This document shows, in pieces, positions 40,775 to 43,249 of a stretch of 43,249 nucleotides of DNA. The position numbers and the translations under genes are program-made. How positions within the stretch are numbered: the stretch's first letter is position 1; each line of letters opens with the position of its first letter. The DNA is from Pseudomonadota bacterium (GTDB lineage Bacteria > Myxococcota_A > UBA796 > GCA-2862545), in the NCBI GenBank assembly GCA_046051915.1, contig JBJONI010000357.1, positions 1 through 43,249 on the forward strand. Reading direction: 5' to 3'. The notes below the pieces were generated by a model that was given only the letters and a program-made list of their open reading frames with translations, made no database searches and was not told the DNA's origin.

Positions 40775-43101
40775 TCGGCCTCCTCAGGCTCGCCACCGCG
40801 ACGCCCCGAGAGCGCGTCGAGCAGGTCGGACCCGACCCGCGGCAGGTTGCTTGCGCCTGTCGCGGTGTCACGATGAACCGGGCGTGGCGCACCGGCTCCC
40901 GAAACGGGCGCGGGGACGGGCGCTGCCGAAGGCCGAACCCGCTCGGCCGCGCCGGTCGAGGACACGGCACGCTCCGGTGCGACCGGCGCCGATGGCCCCG
41001 TCGGCCCCACCGCGGGGCTGCCACCAGCGCCGGTGGAGGGCGATGCGCTGGAAGGCGCCGACGGTGCAGCCGCCGCGGCACCACTCGGACCCGAGGCGCC
41101 GGCCCCGGGACCCGCGGAACCGGCACCTGAACCGGTCGGGCCCGACGGGCCGGCAGAGCCCGCGCCAACGCCTTGCCCGCCCGACGCACCCGAAGGCGCA
41201 CCACCGCGCGGCCCGCGCGGGCCCGGGCCGGACGCCGGTGCGCCGGGGCCAGCGGTCGCGGCCGCAGGGCCCGAGGTCGCCGCCGCGCCGCCCGCGGGAG
41301 ACGCGGGGCCGACGCCCGAAGTCGCCGGACCGCCCTGGGCGGCGCCACCGCCCGGTGAAGCCGTCGCTCCGGGACCCGTCGGAGTGGCGCCAGCGCCGGC
41401 TCCGATGCCCGACGTCGCGCCGTCCGCGGGTGCCGTCCCGGCAGCCGTGGTGTCGCCTGTCGGTGCCGACGCCCCTGCCGGAGGCGTCCCCGACCCTCCG
41501 CGGGGAGCGCCTGGCCCAGACGCCGCGCCGGCACCCGGACCCACGCCCATCCCACCGGACGCTGGCGACCCGCCAGCCGGCCCGGAACCCGTCGACGCAC
41601 CGGCGCCGCCACGTGGCGTCGGTCCGCCCGTGGAGGCACCCGGCCCCGGCACAGCCGGCTCGACGGCGTCGCCCGCTGCCGCGCCGCCACCGCCCGTGCC
41701 GGCACCGCCGCCAGCAGGACCACCCGTACCTGCGCCAGCGCCAGCCGGACCACCCGTACCAGCACCCCCGCCAGCTGGACCGCCTGCGCCGCCGCCACGA
41801 GGACCACCGCCGCCCGTCGGCGCGCCCGTACCGGCACCGCCGCCAGCAGGACCGCCTGCCCCGCCGCCGCCGCGAGGACCGCCAGGCGTGCCGCCAGCAG
41901 GGCCGCCCGCGCCACCGCCGGCGCCGCGAGGACCACCGCCGCCGGCACCGCCCGCGCCACCGCCGCCGCGAGGACCGCCGTCGCCGTCACCGCCGCCGCG
42001 AGGACCACCGCCGCCGGCACCACCCGCGCCACCGCCGCCGCGAGGACCGCCGCCGCCGAAGTTGGGGCGCTCTGGGCGACCCCCGCCGTCGTCGTCGTCG
42101 CCAAAAACGTTGTCGATCGCTCCTTCCAACCGGTGGACGTCGCGCACGACGGAGCCGACGGCGCCCGTCACCGCGTCGACAGTCCGCGCCACGCCGACGG
42201 CGACGTCGCGCACGTCGTCCGCGACGTCCAGCACGAAGTCAGCCGCCTCGCCGATCGCCCCGCTGATCGCATCCGCGACGCTGTTGAGCTGCGCGCCGAG
42301 CGCGCCGTCGTCGGCGAAGATGCCACCCAGACCCGGTGCGAGGCGTCCGAGCTCTTGGAACGGGTCCACAGCCCCGCTCGCCAGCCATGCCGCCGTGTTG
42401 GCCGCGCGCCGCGCGCCCTCCAGCACGTCCGCCACCGCCGACGAGCCCGGGATCACCAGCTGCATGCCCGGCACGACCGACAGCGGGTCGAGGATGCCGT
42501 TCGCGCGGGCGATATCCTGGAAAGGCACGCCCGCGGCTGCGGCGAGCGACGACAACGTTTGGCCGGCGCCGAGCGTCATCGTCTGCGTGGCGGAGAGCGC
42601 CGAGGCGGACAGCCCGCTGAGTGCGCCGCCACCAAGCTTCATCGCCGCGTTTGTGTTCGCGGCGTTGTGCTCCATCAGTTGCACGGCGACCTTCGCGCGG
42701 ACGGGCGAGCCGTCGGGCGCGAACATCAGGTAGCTGACGTCCAGCTGCTTCAGGATGCAGGTGAAGTCGAACCCACCCCACGAGAAGCGCAAGTACGGCG
42801 GGCGGGTGTAGGTCTTGCCGTCCTTGACGACCTTGACCGTCTGCTCCAACAGGTTGCGGAACCCGTTGACGGACCCCGACACCGTCCCGCCCTCACGCGT
42901 GGAGTCGAAGAAGAACTCCATGCTCAAGTTCGCGGGCTGCCCCTTCTCGTACGTCAGCGCCGGGTGCGCCACGTTGCCCTTCGGCTTCCAGTCCGCTCCA
43001 TCGGAGAGCTGGAACTCCTTGGGGTTAAACTGGACCTTCAGCGATGAGCCGGAGTCCAGGTTCGTGAACACCGCCTTCTCGTTACCACCAGAAATCGCCA
43101 T
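40771..43101 (-). CDS. CIS tube-initiator-like protein with a LysM domain (Afp7-like) carrying a ~415-aa Gly/Pro/Ala/Ser-rich low-complexity extension
   Basis: ATG 43101 has GGGAGG 5 nt upstream. The N-terminus is MAISGGNEKAVFTNLDSGSSLKVQFNPKEFQLS...LSMEFFFDST...PPYLRFSWGGFDFTCILKQLDVSYLMFAPDGSPVRAKVAVQL (tube-like N-domain). The LysM domain reads TMTLGAGQTLSSLAAAAGVPFQDIARANGILDPLSVVPGMQLVIP. From residue ~334 to ~750 the sequence is G/P/A/S/T-rich. The alternative start is GTG 43167. Confidence 0.85.
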   Translation of the reverse strand: MAISGGNEKAVFTNLDSGSSLKVQFNPKEFQLSDGADWKPKGNVAHPALTYEKGQPANLSMEFFFDSTREGGTVSGSVNGFRNLLEQTVKVVKDGKTYTRPPYLRFSWGGFDFTCILKQLDVSYLMFAPDGSPVRAKVAVQLMEHNAANTNAAMKLGGGALSGLSASALSATQTMTLGAGQTLSSLAAAAGVPFQDIARANGILDPLSVVPGMQLVIPGSSAVADVLEGARRAANTAAWLASGAVDPFQELGRLAPGLGGIFADDGALGAQLNSVADAISGAIGEAADFVLDVADDVRDVAVGVARTVDAVTGAVGSVVRDVHRLEGAIDNVFGDDDDGGGRPERPNFGGGGPRGGGGAGGAGGGGPRGGGDGDGGPRGGGGAGGAGGGGPRGAGGGAGGPAGGTPGGPRGGGGAGGPAGGGAGTGAPTGGGGPRGGGAGGPAGGGAGTGGPAGAGAGTGGPAGGGAGTGGGGAAAGDAVEPAVPGPGASTGGPTPRGGAGASTGSGPAGGSPASGGMGVGPGAGAASGPGAPRGGSGTPPAGASAPTGDTTAAGTAPADGATSGIGAGAGATPTGPGATASPGGGAAQGGPATSGVGPASPAGGAAATSGPAAATAGPGAPASGPGPRGPRGGAPSGASGGQGVGAGSAGPSGPTGSGAGSAGPGAGASGPSGAAAAAPSAPSSASPSTGAGGSPAVGPTGPSAPVAPERAVSSTGAAERVRPSAAPVPAPVSGAGAPRPVHRDTATGASNLPRVGSDLLDALSGRRGGEPEEAE
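40854..42102. repeat. Low-complexity GC-rich coding tract (Gly/Pro/Ala codons, with local ~63-bp periodicity around 41930-42060)
   Basis: GGPRGGGGAGGAGGGGPRGGGDGDGGPRGGGGAGGAGGGGPRG-type units are present. All six frames are open here, which produces ORFs 40719..42104, 40851..42266 and 41033..42733 in the track. Confidence 0.8.
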
Positions 43102-43249
43102 AGCGACCTCCCTCTCCACGCTCACGAGAGCGCTCAAGCTCCCGCTGCACGGCTTCAAGGACTTCACGCTGGAGGGAGGCCAGGGTCACCCCGTCCGCTC
43201 CCTCGACCTGCCCGGCGCGCCCCTGCGAGGCCGCGCCCACCTTCTCGTC
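43082..43249 (-). CDS. C-terminal end of an upstream CIS-operon gene (partial, runs off the right edge)
   Basis: The reverse frame from 43249 reads DEKVGAASQGRAGQVEGADGVTLASLQREVLEAVQRELERSRERGEGGRYGDFWW*. GC3 is high over the first ~27 codons. The TAA at 43082-43084 overlaps the LysM-gene start by 20 nt. Function is unknown (tape-measure or Afp6-position protein?). Confidence 0.35.
   Translation of the reverse strand, partial: DEKVGAASQGRAGQVEGADGVTLASLQREVLEAVQRELERSRERGEGGRYGDFWW

Noticed and set aside
40719-42733. ORFs 40719..42104 (461 aa), 40851..42266 (471 aa), 41033..42733 (566 aa) and 42133..43047
   Set aside because: These are artefacts of the Gly/Pro/Ala low-complexity tract and the LysM gene, where all six frames are open. 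Only frame 40771..43101 connects the tube-like N-domain, the LysM domain and an ATGA-coupled stop.
31209-43249. Interpreting the tail-gene block as a prophage or mobile element
   Set aside because: The window contains no integrase, transposase, capsid, portal, terminase or lysis genes, and no att-like flanking repeats or tRNA. The composition matches the surrounding chromosome. A domesticated CIS is the better reading, although the region beyond 43249 is unseen.

Overview
This is a very GC-rich (about 70% by eye) bacterial chromosomal segment. The repeat and domain families present (myxococcal Cys-rich repeats, a MopE-like metal-binding motif, FG-GAP lipoproteins, a bacterial Dnmt2) point to Myxococcota, but that is an inference. 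I support about 37 CDS. Most of the long alternative-frame ORFs in the track are GC artefacts, being Arg/Pro/Gly-rich antisense or shifted frames of real genes.

Positions 1-31.2 kb are mostly housekeeping: trmH-like, yhbY, pilD, a thioesterase, a parvulin PPIase, cysteine desulfurase, rpmG, rpsD, folK, transaldolase, etfBA, trpF and tdh-like. Accessory genes are interspersed among them:
- an orphan contractile-tail tube gene
- a CoaB-Nudix fusion
- a hybrid histidine kinase
- a matrixin with an LNR-like tail
- a Dnmt2-like methyltransferase start/stop-coupled to a 1710-aa Cys-repeat/FG-GAP lipoprotein

The most interesting part is 31.2-43.2 kb. Here one tightly packed minus-strand gene string encodes the baseplate half of a contractile injection system (Afp/PVC-like). 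In order it has a LysM tube-initiator, a gpD-like hub, gp25, Baseplate-J and a P2 gpI-like protein. It runs off the right edge of the window. PAAR, a spike domain and a tail fibre are all absent from the window. In their place come unusual downstream genes:
- an unknown 315-aa protein
- a ubiquitin-like/4-TM/C4HC3 zinc-finger membrane protein
- an endonuclease I lipoprotein
- a tRNA-binding-domain protein

I recognised no rRNA, tRNA, CRISPR array, transposase or integrase. All homology calls come from motif recognition by eye and were not searched against any database.
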